Shown: positions 1-9,517, counted from the stretch's first letter. The stretch is 26,502 nucleotides of DNA from an uncultured virus (IMG/VR IMGVR_UViG_3300027227_000002) (IMGVR_UViG_3300027227_000002); one strand, 5' to 3'. Notes: generated by a model from the sequence alone, not told the origin. Numbers and translations: made by a program.

Positions 1-241
1 CATTGATAGCGCAGTGCTGGGATGTTGTGCTCCCTCCGATGGCCTTATTTAACGCAGGAACACGCAGGCCGCTGGAGATATTGATAGGTCCAATAGCTTC
101 GCGAAGTGGCTGTAAAACCTTATGACAAAGCTCAACTAGATTTTCCAGCTGCTCCGGGTTTGGAGAGTTGTCAATGCCAAGGCGCGTAGCCGTGGAGCTT
201 TTTGTTAGCTCGGCAAGGGTAAAGTTTTCAGATAGTTTCAT
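1..241 (-). CDS. Peptidase M15A family Zn peptidase, probable endolysin (runs off the window end)
   Basis: Hand translation from ATG at 241: MKLSENFTLAELTKSSTATRLGIDNSPNPEQLENLVELCHKVLQPLREAIGPINISSGLRVPALNKAIGGSTTSQHCAIN. The NFTLAEL.KS.TA.R.GIDN.P and ISSG.R...LN..IGGS..SQH motifs are typical of phage M15A peptidases. It lies downstream of small membrane genes and is absent from the ORF track because it is partial. Confidence 0.9.
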   Translation of the reverse strand, partial: MKLSENFTLAELTKSSTATRLGIDNSPNPEQLENLVELCHKVLQPLREAIGPINISSGLRVPALNKAIGGSTTSQHCAIN

Positions 242-366
242 CGCCCCTGTCCTTTGTATTGCTTCTTGTAGTTCTTGCTCGCCTTGTTAGCGCTCTCTTG
301 CTTGGAGTGTTTGCCTCGCTTCTTGCTCTTGCTTACATACGAAGAGACTGTTTGATTTTTAGCCAT
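238..366 (-). CDS. Small basic phage protein (42 aa)
   Basis: MAKNQTVSSYVSKSKKRGKHSKQESANKASKNYKKQYKGQGR*. Its start overlaps the upstream stop (TAATG) and its stop overlaps the M15A start (ATGA), consistent with translational coupling. Confidence 0.7.
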   Translation of the reverse strand: MAKNQTVSSYVSKSKKRGKHSKQESANKASKNYKKQYKGQGR

Positions 367-581
367 TACTTACGAGCAAACTTATCTAAAGAAGTGAAAC
401 CGAAACAGCCAAGGGTCAACACCAGCGCGGCATTGACCAGCGCATCGCTTGGAGCAATCTCTTGAGGGGAAAAGGAATTGGCTACCAAGGTGGCGAAAAG
501 AACAATGGATCCAATCAAAGCGATAAAACGCTTTGAGCTTACGGCATCGCCTTCGCTCAATAAATTTTTAATCCAGTTCAT
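366..581 (-). CDS. Holin-like two-TM membrane protein
   Basis: 71 aa with SSKRFIALIG followed by two hydrophobic stretches and a basic C-terminus (DKFARK). Sits upstream of the endolysin. Confidence 0.65.
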   Translation of the reverse strand: MNWIKNLLSEGDAVSSKRFIALIGSIVLFATLVANSFSPQEIAPSDALVNAALVLTLGCFGFTSLDKFARK

Positions 582-754
582 TTCAATTGGTTTTTACGAA
601 TTTTAATTTCAAGATATGTCTTGTAGATAAGAAAGGCAGACAAGACAATAGCGAACACCGAAGCTAAGCCCGATAACAGGGGGTTGATATCAATGGTTAC
701 CCAACTGATAGCGGTAGACAAAAAGGTTGCTCCTACTGATTCGCTACGTGTCAT
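578..754 (-). CDS. Small membrane protein of the lysis module (58 aa; holin/antiholin-like)
   Basis: Hand translation: MTRSESVGATFLSTAISWVTIDINPLLSGLASVFAIVLSAFLIYKTYLEIKIRKNQLK*. ATGA overlap with the next gene; -7 promoter box at 770-777. Confidence 0.7.
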   Translation of the reverse strand: MTRSESVGATFLSTAISWVTIDINPLLSGLASVFAIVLSAFLIYKTYLEIKIRKNQLK

Positions 755-769
755 TACTTATATTTTTTA

Positions 770-777
770 CAAAGATA
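770..777 (-). promoter_or_regulatory. Bacteroidetes-type -7 promoter box (TATCTTTG) for the lysis module
   Basis: CAAAGATA on + reads TATCTTTG on -, matching TAnnTTTG; 15 nt upstream of the ATG at 754. Confidence 0.7.
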
Positions 778-811
778 ATACAAATAAAAAAGCTTCTTTC
801 TGGGCTTGGTG

Positions 812-1621
812 TCAATAGTTAAAGGTGTCGTAGAACCACTTATACTGTTCCTTTATATGATTGCATAGCGGCAGTCCAAGCAACTCCTGTGCGCTACTAA
901 CCAGCGGAGTGACCTTGCTGCGGATGTTGTGGTCCCCATACACGCCGTATACGGAGTCGTCCTCCTTAGTTATCTGCTCCACATTGTCAAAGTCGTGAGC
1001 ATACGCATCCAATCCCAAGAACTCATAGAGTCTATTCATCTCTCCGGCGGGGTCGATGCATAGGTTCTCATACTTAATGAAGTGAACCTTTTGACCTACC
1101 CCCTCCTTGAACATCTGAAGCAAACGCTCAAACGCCATACCCACAGGTGGTGTCGTTGACCAATACTGAACGCGCTTCTCGGTGGTGGTGTTCTGCCCCT
1201 TTGCCCAGTCAATCAATCCGGAGTCAATCTCAGGTGACTTGCGGTAGTTCTTCTCCATTGAGGCGAAGATGTCTCGTGGGTCACGAATCATGCAGACAAT
1301 CTTTGGGTCGGGGTAGAAGGCGTTAAGGAATCCGTAATGCGCTCCCCAACCACGGCTCTTGTCCATGACATGGGGCTTGTCAGTAACGCCATTAAAGAAT
1401 CCTTCAAGCCCGCTCTTGCAGAAACTCATGAACCCATCTCGCATAAGCGCTGGGTCTTGAGCCTTAAATTCTGCTCCGTTAGTATAGTATCCTCTCGCCA
1501 TGTATAGCAACTCCAACACCCCAGACGTGGGGGTCACATAGAACTCGGGGTTTTGCCCCACAATGTTTTGTAGCAGCGTTGAGCCGCTGCGCGGCAGGGA
1601 GCTCTGGAAAAATATTTTCAT
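812..1621 (-). CDS. PAPS-dependent sulfotransferase family protein
   Basis: 5'-PSB motif SSLPRSGSTLL, 3'-PB motif IRDPRDIFAS, and IKYENLCIDP...LYEFLGL, typical of Sulfotransfer_3-type proteins. Confidence 0.9.
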   Translation of the reverse strand: MKIFFQSSLPRSGSTLLQNIVGQNPEFYVTPTSGVLELLYMARGYYTNGAEFKAQDPALMRDGFMSFCKSGLEGFFNGVTDKPHVMDKSRGWGAHYGFLNAFYPDPKIVCMIRDPRDIFASMEKNYRKSPEIDSGLIDWAKGQNTTTEKRVQYWSTTPPVGMAFERLLQMFKEGVGQKVHFIKYENLCIDPAGEMNRLYEFLGLDAYAHDFDNVEQITKEDDSVYGVYGDHNIRSKVTPLVSSAQELLGLPLCNHIKEQYKWFYDTFNY

Positions 1622-1633
1622 TTGATTTAAATT

Positions 1634-1660
1634 AAAAAGGGGCGCTGCAAGGCGCCCCTT
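1634..1660 (-). terminator. Rho-independent terminator
   Basis: Perfect 9-bp stem AAGGGGCGC(1637-1645)/GCGCCCCTT(1652-1660) with a 6-nt loop; the A-run at 1634-1638 gives a U tract on the - strand. Confidence 0.7.
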
Positions 1661-1674
1661 GTTTATGTATACTA

Positions 1675-1977
1675 TTAGGCAGTATGCGCCATCATCTCGG
1701 CAACAAGGGCAGAGAGTTTTGCAGAGTCAAGGTCAGCAAGGTCAAAGCCGTAGGTTCCTACTTTCTTTTGACCGAGGTGAGAAACCTTGCCGTGAGCAAA
1801 AATATGGATGACATGGTGGTCTTTCTCCTCTACATCAGCAGGTTTCTTGGATTTAACATCTGCTACTACATCAGCAAGAGTAGTTAGTGATGCTTGGGGA
1901 ACTTGCTTGTTGAAGCCATTGCCGATGATTTGGGCAAGACTAGTTCCGAAGATGTGGATAGTTGAAAAATCAGACAT
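1675..1977 (-). CDS. Hypothetical phage protein (100 aa)
   Basis: ORF with an A-rich leader, collinear with neighbours and followed by a terminator; internal duplicated motif IHIFG/IHIFA. Confidence 0.75.
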   Translation of the reverse strand: MSDFSTIHIFGTSLAQIIGNGFNKQVPQASLTTLADVVADVKSKKPADVEEKDHHVIHIFAHGKVSHLGQKKVGTYGFDLADLDSAKLSALVAEMMAHTA

Positions 1978-1996
1978 TTTGTTTAGTGTTTATTTG

Positions 1997-3460
1997 TTAT
2001 GCTACGATATTAAGGACACCCGCGTTGCTCCAAACGGCTCCCGTAGGTAGCCCTGCGGCAGATGTTGGGATGCTCATGATAGAAAGTTGTTGGACAAAGA
2101 CCGCGCTCTCTCGGTTACTATTTGCCCTGAGGCAGACAGCACCTTGGTGAGCCGCCACTCCATCACCAATTACTACTGAATAAGGGGCAGTTGCTGAACA
2201 AGACACACCGATAGCAACAGATTGCTCACCTGAAGCCTCACAAGGGCTGATGCCTGATGAAATTGCTACTGCGTAGTATCCCGATGCGGTTGCTCCGTTC
2301 ATTGCAATAGAAGATTCACCTGATGCGATAGAATAAGGAAAGGCTAGCCCGTACTCGCCTGAAGCAGTAGAGCCGACTCCAATAGCAATTCCGCTATATC
2401 CTGAAGCCGTAGCGGGTGAAAAAGCAGAACTGCCAAGAGCCATAGCAAATTGACCAGAAGCATAAGAGTTTGTTCCAATGGCAATCTGACCATCACCATA
2501 GGGAGAGCCTCCGTCAGAGTTTCCTGCGCGTGAGGCGTAGCCAATAGCAATAGAAGAGTTACCATAGGCTGAACCTGTGGTGGTGGCAAAAGACCTGCCT
2601 CCTGAGGCTTGGCCGCCTGAAAACGCTACCGCGTATTCTCCTGAGGCAGAAGAATAATTACCTTGTGCAAAAGAGTTAGCACCTGATGCATTAGAATTTC
2701 TTCCTAAAGCCATAGAATTATATTCTGATGCCGAACCCCCACCAAATGCGAACGAAAACTCTCCACTTGCTGCTCCTTCTGAAAAAGCAACAGCATAAGT
2801 CCCCGTGGCTTGAGCACTTTGAGAAGCAAATGAATAGTATGCCGATGATACGGAATACGCTCCTAATGCAACTGAATAAGGCCCCGATGCAGTAGAGTTA
2901 TCACCAACTGCAAACGAAGCATAATTCCCTGAAGCAGTAGTGTTCCGACCATGTGCGAATGAATAGGTACCCGATGCAGTAGGGCGATAACCCGACGCAG
3001 TAGAGAACCCTCCTAATGCCACAGCGTATGCGCCCGATGCCGTGTCGTAAATGTTGGATGCCGTAGAGTAAGCACCTGATGCAGAAGAGTAGAAACTTGA
3101 GGCAGTATTATTCTTTCCAACTGCGAATGAGTAGTATCCTGAGGCAGTAGAACTTCCAACTACTGCCTGAATAGATCCTGTGCCTGAGCCTGCTTCAAAT
3201 ACTCCCGCAGGGATGACCACATCTGCCCAATCAGTTCCGGTTCCAGTAGAAGACAAGAACTGGCCGGGCATTCCCAGCTCACCAGTAAAATCTTTTAAAC
3301 CGCCCGTAATTTGTAAATTATCAGTGCTAAGTGAGATTGCCGAAACATTCCCTAAGCCATCGGTGATTGCTTTTTCAGAAGGAGAAAGTGCGTCATTATC
3401 ATCGGTCTTTAGAAGGCCTTGATACGTGTTTCTAATTTCCTGACCAGTTAAATTTGCCAT
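1997..3460 (-). CDS. Virion adhesin/fibre with YadA-head-like (trimeric beta-roll) 14-residue repeats
   Basis: Many tandem ~13-14 aa repeats of type xASGxxSxAxGxxx (TASGYYSFAVGKNN, TASGPYSVALGAYS). C-terminal IPTSAAGLPTGAVWSNAGVLNI resembles fibre tip motifs. Confidence 0.8.
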   Translation of the reverse strand: MANLTGQEIRNTYQGLLKTDDNDALSPSEKAITDGLGNVSAISLSTDNLQITGGLKDFTGELGMPGQFLSSTGTGTDWADVVIPAGVFEAGSGTGSIQAVVGSSTASGYYSFAVGKNNTASSFYSSASGAYSTASNIYDTASGAYAVALGGFSTASGYRPTASGTYSFAHGRNTTASGNYASFAVGDNSTASGPYSVALGAYSVSSAYYSFASQSAQATGTYAVAFSEGAASGEFSFAFGGGSASEYNSMALGRNSNASGANSFAQGNYSSASGEYAVAFSGGQASGGRSFATTTGSAYGNSSIAIGYASRAGNSDGGSPYGDGQIAIGTNSYASGQFAMALGSSAFSPATASGYSGIAIGVGSTASGEYGLAFPYSIASGESSIAMNGATASGYYAVAISSGISPCEASGEQSVAIGVSCSATAPYSVVIGDGVAAHQGAVCLRANSNRESAVFVQQLSIMSIPTSAAGLPTGAVWSNAGVLNIVA

Positions 3461-3471
3461 GTCTTTTTATT

Positions 3472-3594
3472 TTATGAATTCCAAACATCGTTAGCCTCTT
3501 CCCACTTTTCTGGGTATGTGCTCCATATAATAGCAATGATGCTACCGCCAACGGCAACAATACGCCTATATACTTGTAACCCTAGCCCTAACAT
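3472..3594 (-). CDS. Small hypothetical protein (40 aa)
   Basis: Hand translation: MLGLGLQVYRRIVAVGGSIIAIIWSTYPEKWEEANDVWNS*. It fills the gap neatly, starting 1 nt after the upstream stop. Confidence 0.6.
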   Translation of the reverse strand: MLGLGLQVYRRIVAVGGSIIAIIWSTYPEKWEEANDVWNS

Positions 3595-3595
3595 C

Positions 3596-3868
3596 TTAGG
3601 CTATATACGCTAGGACGCTACCGCTAACAACAGTAACGTCGGAAAATAAACCATAGATGGCTGTCCCCGCAAGCATGACTTGCCCAGCTAGATTGTCTCC
3701 AGACTCGGCGGTTACCGTTACAACAGAATCCTCAAGGGCATATACTACACGGTAGTGCTCTCCGGCAGTGCCGGATCCTCCCGTTACAATGCGGCGGAAT
3801 CCAAACTGGCCAAACGAGGCAAGCTGATAGTTAGCTGGGTTGTTGATATTCGAATAAGACATAGCCAA
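3596..3868 (-). CDS. Hypothetical beta-rich structural-module protein
   Basis: 90 aa ending GTAIYGLFSDVTVVSGSVLAYIA; directly downstream of the -7 box at 3908-3915. Confidence 0.75.
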   Translation of the reverse strand: MAMSYSNINNPANYQLASFGQFGFRRIVTGGSGTAGEHYRVVYALEDSVVTVTAESGDNLAGQVMLAGTAIYGLFSDVTVVSGSVLAYIA

Positions 3869-3907
3869 AAAAAATGTTTAATGTTCAAAGTGAAATGCTA
3901 AGAGACA

Positions 3908-3915
3908 CAAAGATA
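3908..3915 (-). promoter_or_regulatory. Bacteroidetes-type -7 promoter box (TATCTTTG)
   Basis: CAAAGATA on +, in the same CAAAGATAATACAAA context as the box at 770. Confidence 0.7.
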
Positions 3916-3919
3916 ATAC

Positions 3920-3951
3920 AAAAAATAAAAAACCTCCCCGAAGTGGGGAGG
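3920..3951 (-). terminator. Rho-independent terminator
   Basis: CCTCCCC(3933-3939)-GAAGT-GGGGAGG(3945-3951) hairpin next to a long A-rich run (U tract on -). Confidence 0.75.
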
Positions 3952-3980
3952 CTTTGTGGTGTGGCTTAGAAACTAAAAGA

Positions 3981-4250
3981 TTATTTTACAATCTCCATCT
4001 GAGCCTCTGTTTCCGGAGTAAATTCTCCCGTCTCAAGGTTAAGGCTTCCCGCGCCGTGATCTGCTTCAAGCGTCTCCATTAACGCCTTAATCTCGTCTCC
4101 ACTTGCGCGAAGCTCAGCGGTCAGGGCCTGTTGGCGAGCAGCTAGATCCAAGGACGACACATACAATGCACCGAGTTCCATTTGGATTTGTTGTTGTTTT
4201 GCACGGGTTTCACGAGCAGCATTCAAGTGCTCTTCTTTGACTTGCGCCAT
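3981..4250 (-). CDS. Coiled-coil hypothetical protein (tail module)
   Basis: 89 aa, helical and Q/E-rich, ending HGAGSLNLETGEF. Confidence 0.75.
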   Translation of the reverse strand: MAQVKEEHLNAARETRAKQQQIQMELGALYVSSLDLAARQQALTAELRASGDEIKALMETLEADHGAGSLNLETGEFTPETEAQMEIVK

Positions 4251-4277
4251 GTTGAATTAAATTTAGGTTAGTGAATA

Positions 4278-4655
4278 TTAACAGTCAACTGAATCCTCAT
4301 ATCCTTCTTGAGCCTTGAGATGCTCATATGCCTGTACAAGGATATCAGCGGCCTCTGCATCAATAGATGGAGTGAAGTTGTAGTGTGAACGATAGATGGG
4401 TTCAGCGTGAGCATCACGGGTGGCGATAGAAGCGTAGGTCGCTACTTCAAAGTTGCAACGCTGCACTTTAGCCCACACCTCTTCGGGTGCTGTTGCTACG
4501 GGAGGAACGGGGTTTCCGTCTTCGTCTACCGTAGGAGTCGCTGGGACGTAGTTATAAGACTTGACGTCAGAAGACTCGTAGTTGAGTCGGTTTACTTTGT
4601 GATAAGCTCCGGTAAATTCCATACCGAACTTGTCTACTGTAGCGGTTACTGCCAT
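4278..4655 (-). CDS. Hypothetical tail-fibre-associated protein
   Basis: 125 aa ending QAYEHLKAQEGYEDSVDC; lies downstream of the tail fibre genes. Confidence 0.75.
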   Translation of the reverse strand: MAVTATVDKFGMEFTGAYHKVNRLNYESSDVKSYNYVPATPTVDEDGNPVPPVATAPEEVWAKVQRCNFEVATYASIATRDAHAEPIYRSHYNFTPSIDAEAADILVQAYEHLKAQEGYEDSVDC

Positions 4656-4676
4656 TGTTTTGTTGTTTAAGAATTA

Positions 4677-4684
4677 CAAATATA
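4677..4684 (-). promoter_or_regulatory. Bacteroidetes-type -7 promoter box (TATATTTG)
   Basis: CAAATATA on +, 21 nt upstream of the ATG at 4655. Confidence 0.6.
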
Positions 4685-4688
4685 CAAA

Positions 4689-5078
4689 TTATTCACAAGA
4701 ATAAATATCATTGATCTTTCCATCTTCTCCAATTTGAATCAGTTTGGTTCCGCTTGGGTAGTAGAACCACTGATTGTTTCCGTTGAATATTTCTGTATTG
4801 TTGTCATAGATATAAGAGTTCACTGCTACCGGGTCGGTGCTTGAATAGTAGGATGCTGTTGTTGCGGTTGAACCATCTGAACATCCCTGCTCGGTATCGC
4901 CAAATCCAACATTGGACAGAGTTATTGCCGTAAGGGCACTATACCCATAGAACTCGGAGATAGCATCAGGGGTGCTAAATCCTGCAAGCCCAGAGAGGGT
5001 CCTCAGGCTATTGCTTGAGGAACCCAACTCTGTTTTGATTGCGCTGATAGATAACGCTCCGCTACTTGGTAAGGCCAT
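4689..5078 (-). CDS. Putative tail fibre tip/adhesin protein
   Basis: N-terminus MALPSSGALSISAIKTELG...ISEFYGYS resembles small genes that follow S74-chaperone fibres; overlaps the fibre's 3' end by 17 nt. Confidence 0.7.
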   Translation of the reverse strand: MALPSSGALSISAIKTELGSSSNSLRTLSGLAGFSTPDAISEFYGYSALTAITLSNVGFGDTEQGCSDGSTATTASYYSSTDPVAVNSYIYDNNTEIFNGNNQWFYYPSGTKLIQIGEDGKINDIYSCE

Positions 5079-8000
5079 TGATTATCTCTTTAAGTTCATC
5101 AATCTGCTTCTGTTGCTCTTTGATGGCTTCAATCAGTACAGCGGTGAGGTTTCCGTAGGACACTGAGTACATACCCTCATCGTTCTGCTTGACCACCTCC
5201 GGGATGACCTCAAGGATTTCTTGAGCGATGACACCAACCTTTGTTGAGGTGTCTTCGGAGTCTGTCCGGTTGTAGGTTACACCACGAAGTTTAAGGGTCT
5301 TGTCAAGAGCGTTCTCAATGGTCTGTACGTTGGTCTTGACACGAGCATCAGAGTAAGCAGTTACATCGCCAGAAACTGTTAGATTACCAGCATTGCTCAA
5401 TATCATCAACTGTGTAGATGCAGTATTGTTATACCAATCGTATCCACCAGTACCATAGTTTCTTTGCCGAGCAACACCAGCATCTTGGATTAAATTCCAA
5501 TAGTTGGTTCCATCACCCATATTTAAGCCACTTGACCAAGCAACGCCAGAGGCTCCCCCATTGTCAATCCAAAGTTTACGGAATTTTGATTGGCTATTTG
5601 GGTCGCAATAGTAATTGGTATCATTAGAGTCATAGAAGATTGGTGCCCTCATATCGCTATGGGCCTGTATGAATCCATCCACACGAAGGTTTAAGTCACC
5701 GCTATCAGAAGACATCCGGAACTCGCCTGCTGCTCCATACATACCAATACCATAGTATCCCCAATCGTTGTATCCAAAACGAAGTTTACCTCCCCAAGAT
5801 GAACCATTGTAGTAAGGAACCACAAAGTGGTTTTGAACCTCGTCATATGTTATCTCACGGATTCTTGGAGCGTAGAAGTACGTCTTACTGCCTGAAACAG
5901 AACCATAACACGTTCCACAACGCATCATTATGTTCCTTGTGTTTTCGTGCATTACGCCATCCGTGCAGCCTGCATCACCCGGAATAGAACTCAACATAGA
6001 AGTGGCTGTTGCCCATCTATCAAATTCTGTTGGTCCTTGGGTAGAAACAGTTCTCCAGTTCTTTAGACGAGCCGTTAACTTTACCCAAGTTCCGCCAGTA
6101 TTTGTTTTAGACGAATGGAAGTAAGGGTTTGAGGTTATGCCATTTCCGTTTGAATCAGATTCGTGCCACCCCATATAGACGTGGTCATCGCCAGTACTTC
6201 TAACCCACACACTGTATTCGTAGTCTTTCTCTGGGTCTACGTCAACATATTCTGTGTTAAACCAGTTGTAACATCCGTTTGATGCTCCAGTTCCAGTTGA
6301 AACGTGGGCTTGTACAATAGAGCCATCAATGAATTCTACTTCTTCGTAGTTTCCGGAGTTGTTTGTACCAACATCCGTCATACGGTGGTTTAGTGTAGCG
6401 CCACCAAGGTTTCTTGGGTACACCGTATAGAGCCTTGATTTTCCGTTGGGGTCAAGGTAATACGTTGCGTCAGCAGAGTCGTATATGATTGGAGTCTTTA
6501 ATGACACAGAAGCAAGAATATTACCTGCGGTGTCAATCATAAACCGTTCAGTTCCCCAGTTGTCATAAACCCCAGACATATCTGGGCGATAGCCCATATT
6601 CTGTACGATTCGGAAGTTGTCATCACTGGAACAGTATCCAATGTTCCATCTAGTGTTGCTGTGTCCGGTGCTAAACTGAATAGACGGTCTATCTGCTCCA
6701 TTACTTGTTCCTATGTGAAATCTCGCTACCTGACCCCAAGAGTGGTCTCCGTGACTGCTTTCAAAACTAAATGGGATATAGTTTGATGTAGCACTCTGAG
6801 TGGACCGGAACAAGGCAACGTGACCGAATGTGCTATTTGCACGGGAAGAAATTACTTCGTGATAATTGTATGTATAGTGATTGGTTACTCCAATCTCTGA
6901 CATACGAGAGTAACCAGCAAAGTCCCCGTAGTAGCCGGTGTCAGCAGAATCATAGAAGATAGGCGCACGGAATGAACCGGGTTCATATGTATAACTTGGA
7001 TGTTTTTCTAATGGTGCGTTATCGGTTCCCCCAAACAACCTTGTTATGCCATTCCCAGCGTTATTGTAGCCAATATACATACCATCTGTATATGAGTTAT
7101 TTCGTATAACTCGCATATTGGCATATACATCATTGGTGGCGGTGTCAAAATTATTCCAAACCTCTAAATGATATAGTCGTGATGTAGCACTAGGGTTTAA
7201 ATAATATCCGTTATCATCATAGTCATAAATGATTCCAAGATATGTTGCTCCGCTATTAATTATGTTTCCGCTTACACGCAAACCACCTTCAACGTGCAGT
7301 TTTTCGCTTGGATTCGTAGTTCCAATACCTACGTTGCCAGCATCGGTAATTCGCATTTTTTCTGAAACAGAACCACCACTTGCCTTGGTGCTAAAAGTCA
7401 TATGACTATTTCCGCTTCCGGGCATAATTACTCTTAATGCAGCCCAAGTTTCATTATCTGTACCCGAACTTGTCCAAGTCCACGATATACCCGTTCCTAC
7501 ATCAGTATTTCCTTCGCTTGTTGTTAGCCTTCGTATCTGAATGGCATCATCGTTTACAGAAGCAAACGTAAGTTGTTTGTTTGGACTATTAGTGCCAATA
7601 CCTACGCTGCCGCCAATAGTAACCGTACCTGAAGAATGTGAATTTCCATTCATAAAGAATTCGTGACCATTGCCGTTACTTGGGGCATTGCCAATATAAG
7701 TATGACCATAAATCCAGTTATCATTACCCGCAGTTGTGATTCCATTAGGGAAGTATGCAGAATTAGCGGTACCCCAAGGATTGCCAATACTAACATACCC
7801 TTGAGGAGCATTAACATCATTTAGTCGGCTTGTACCATTTGGGTTTACATAATAACTGGTATCATCAGAGTCGTAGAAGATAGGGGCTCTTAAACTCCCT
7901 TCAAATTGAGAGTATGAACGAGTTATTCTTCCTACAATATCATAATTACCAGTTCCTGCTGTTTTAAAGAACCAGCCTGTAGAGTCATTGCTTTCCGCAT

Positions 8001-9516
8001 ATTCAACAAATGTTGTTTGATGTGCGCCAGTAATGGTTGGGCTGGCTGTTGTACCAGATACAGAGCCTCTAATTACTATAAAGTGGTTATTGTTATCATA
8101 ACCTTTATATTGTGTATATCCTGTTGCGCTATAATTACTTGCAACATAATAAGTTCCCCTAACAGAACCTGCAACATTTAATGATATTCCCGTTGATGCA
8201 GGGTCTAAATAAAACGCAGTATCGGCAGAGTCGTAGAAGATTGGGGCACGCATTGACACATTCGCAAACAAGTTATTGTTTACAACTACATCAGTCTGAT
8301 TTGCTGTACCAACATAACCGCCAATCGTCATCAATAATGTTTCACCAACGTCCCCATTTCCATCATTATTGGCATCTGTTGTTGGTGAATTATTGTAAAA
8401 ACGAATGCCTGAATAGGACGCTCCTATTCTAACACCAGTATGATATCCTATAATTAAATCCCTATAATGTGGACCGTTCCAACCTCCATCACCAGAGTCT
8501 AGACCCATAGAGTAATGATTTGCACCAAAACTATGACCACCACCATATCCAGAAGGGAAGTTAGTTTTTAGGTCACTGAAAACTATTTGAGATGTAGTTG
8601 CTGAGTTACCAGCACTGCTTGCATAACTTACAGACTGACTACCGATGTTGCTTGTGGTAATAGCAGTAGAGGCGTTTTGTTTTGCATCAAGAAGTGTAGA
8701 GATATTAGCATCTGCCCAAGACATCCAAATGTTTCCATCTGTTGGAATAAAGAATCTGCGACTCCAAGAGTTATCATCAACTGTTGTTCCATAATAGAAA
8801 CTAATATTATTATCATTATGAATTAGCCATTTTGAGTCGTGAGTCGTACTTCTTAATGCAATGGATGGATATGTTCCACGAATAGTAAGTTGTTCTGCAC
8901 CATAATTTCCACCGGCCCAATCATATGAAACTTTTGTGTATCCATTTAAATATGCTATACCATTAACGTGAGTAGCACCATAGGTTCTGATTGGCTGATT
9001 GGTGTAGTAGTTAAGGTAAATGTCATTACCATTATAAGAGTCAATATGAAGGTTTCCTCCAAGAGCAATTCGGCCATTACCATTGGCTGCCCAAATATTA
9101 GTATCTGCTGTAATATCGCCAGCAGACCTAATTCCACCCGTTCCAAAACGAGTTGTGCCACCATTCCAGTTGATGTACATAGCGGTAGCACTGTCGTTAT
9201 AGTACGCATTAAACTGGTCACCGCCTGTAATACGGATGTTGTAGCCATTGTCAGCAGTGTATGTCCTAAAGATGGCAGCAGTGCTATTGAACTGCGCTCT
9301 CTTTATACCACTCGTAGAAATGAAGAAGTTGTTATCTCCATTAACGTACATAACAATATTTGCTGCACTACCGCCAAAAGCCCAGTCCTCAAGTCCTAAT
9401 CCTCCACGAAATGTTGAACCGTCATAAAAACGAAAGGCACCGCTATTAACTGCTGTGTCGGTATATCCAGACACATATAAATTACCCGATACGTTAGTGC
9501 TTAAAAGATTAGCCAT
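5062..9516 (-). CDS. Long tail fibre with C-terminal intramolecular chaperone (peptidase S74)
   Basis: 1484 aa, G/S/T/N-rich, with GNVGIGTTNPS repeats and six RAPIFYDS-like repeats. C-terminal YSDARVKTNVQTIENALDKTLKLRGVTY...GVIAQE...VSYGNLTAVLIEAIKEQQ matches the S74 autocleaving chaperone. Confidence 0.92.
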   Translation of the reverse strand: MANLLSTNVSGNLYVSGYTDTAVNSGAFRFYDGSTFRGGLGLEDWAFGGSAANIVMYVNGDNNFFISTSGIKRAQFNSTAAIFRTYTADNGYNIRITGGDQFNAYYNDSATAMYINWNGGTTRFGTGGIRSAGDITADTNIWAANGNGRIALGGNLHIDSYNGNDIYLNYYTNQPIRTYGATHVNGIAYLNGYTKVSYDWAGGNYGAEQLTIRGTYPSIALRSTTHDSKWLIHNDNNISFYYGTTVDDNSWSRRFFIPTDGNIWMSWADANISTLLDAKQNASTAITTSNIGSQSVSYASSAGNSATTSQIVFSDLKTNFPSGYGGGHSFGANHYSMGLDSGDGGWNGPHYRDLIIGYHTGVRIGASYSGIRFYNNSPTTDANNDGNGDVGETLLMTIGGYVGTANQTDVVVNNNLFANVSMRAPIFYDSADTAFYLDPASTGISLNVAGSVRGTYYVASNYSATGYTQYKGYDNNNHFIVIRGSVSGTTASPTITGAHQTTFVEYAESNDSTGWFFKTAGTGNYDIVGRITRSYSQFEGSLRAPIFYDSDDTSYYVNPNGTSRLNDVNAPQGYVSIGNPWGTANSAYFPNGITTAGNDNWIYGHTYIGNAPSNGNGHEFFMNGNSHSSGTVTIGGSVGIGTNSPNKQLTFASVNDDAIQIRRLTTSEGNTDVGTGISWTWTSSGTDNETWAALRVIMPGSGNSHMTFSTKASGGSVSEKMRITDAGNVGIGTTNPSEKLHVEGGLRVSGNIINSGATYLGIIYDYDDNGYYLNPSATSRLYHLEVWNNFDTATNDVYANMRVIRNNSYTDGMYIGYNNAGNGITRLFGGTDNAPLEKHPSYTYEPGSFRAPIFYDSADTGYYGDFAGYSRMSEIGVTNHYTYNYHEVISSRANSTFGHVALFRSTQSATSNYIPFSFESSHGDHSWGQVARFHIGTSNGADRPSIQFSTGHSNTRWNIGYCSSDDNFRIVQNMGYRPDMSGVYDNWGTERFMIDTAGNILASVSLKTPIIYDSADATYYLDPNGKSRLYTVYPRNLGGATLNHRMTDVGTNNSGNYEEVEFIDGSIVQAHVSTGTGASNGCYNWFNTEYVDVDPEKDYEYSVWVRSTGDDHVYMGWHESDSNGNGITSNPYFHSSKTNTGGTWVKLTARLKNWRTVSTQGPTEFDRWATATSMLSSIPGDAGCTDGVMHENTRNIMMRCGTCYGSVSGSKTYFYAPRIREITYDEVQNHFVVPYYNGSSWGGKLRFGYNDWGYYGIGMYGAAGEFRMSSDSGDLNLRVDGFIQAHSDMRAPIFYDSNDTNYYCDPNSQSKFRKLWIDNGGASGVAWSSGLNMGDGTNYWNLIQDAGVARQRNYGTGGYDWYNNTASTQLMILSNAGNLTVSGDVTAYSDARVKTNVQTIENALDKTLKLRGVTYNRTDSEDTSTKVGVIAQEILEVIPEVVKQNDEGMYSVSYGNLTAVLIEAIKEQQKQIDELKEIINGLTK

Positions 9517-9517
9517 A

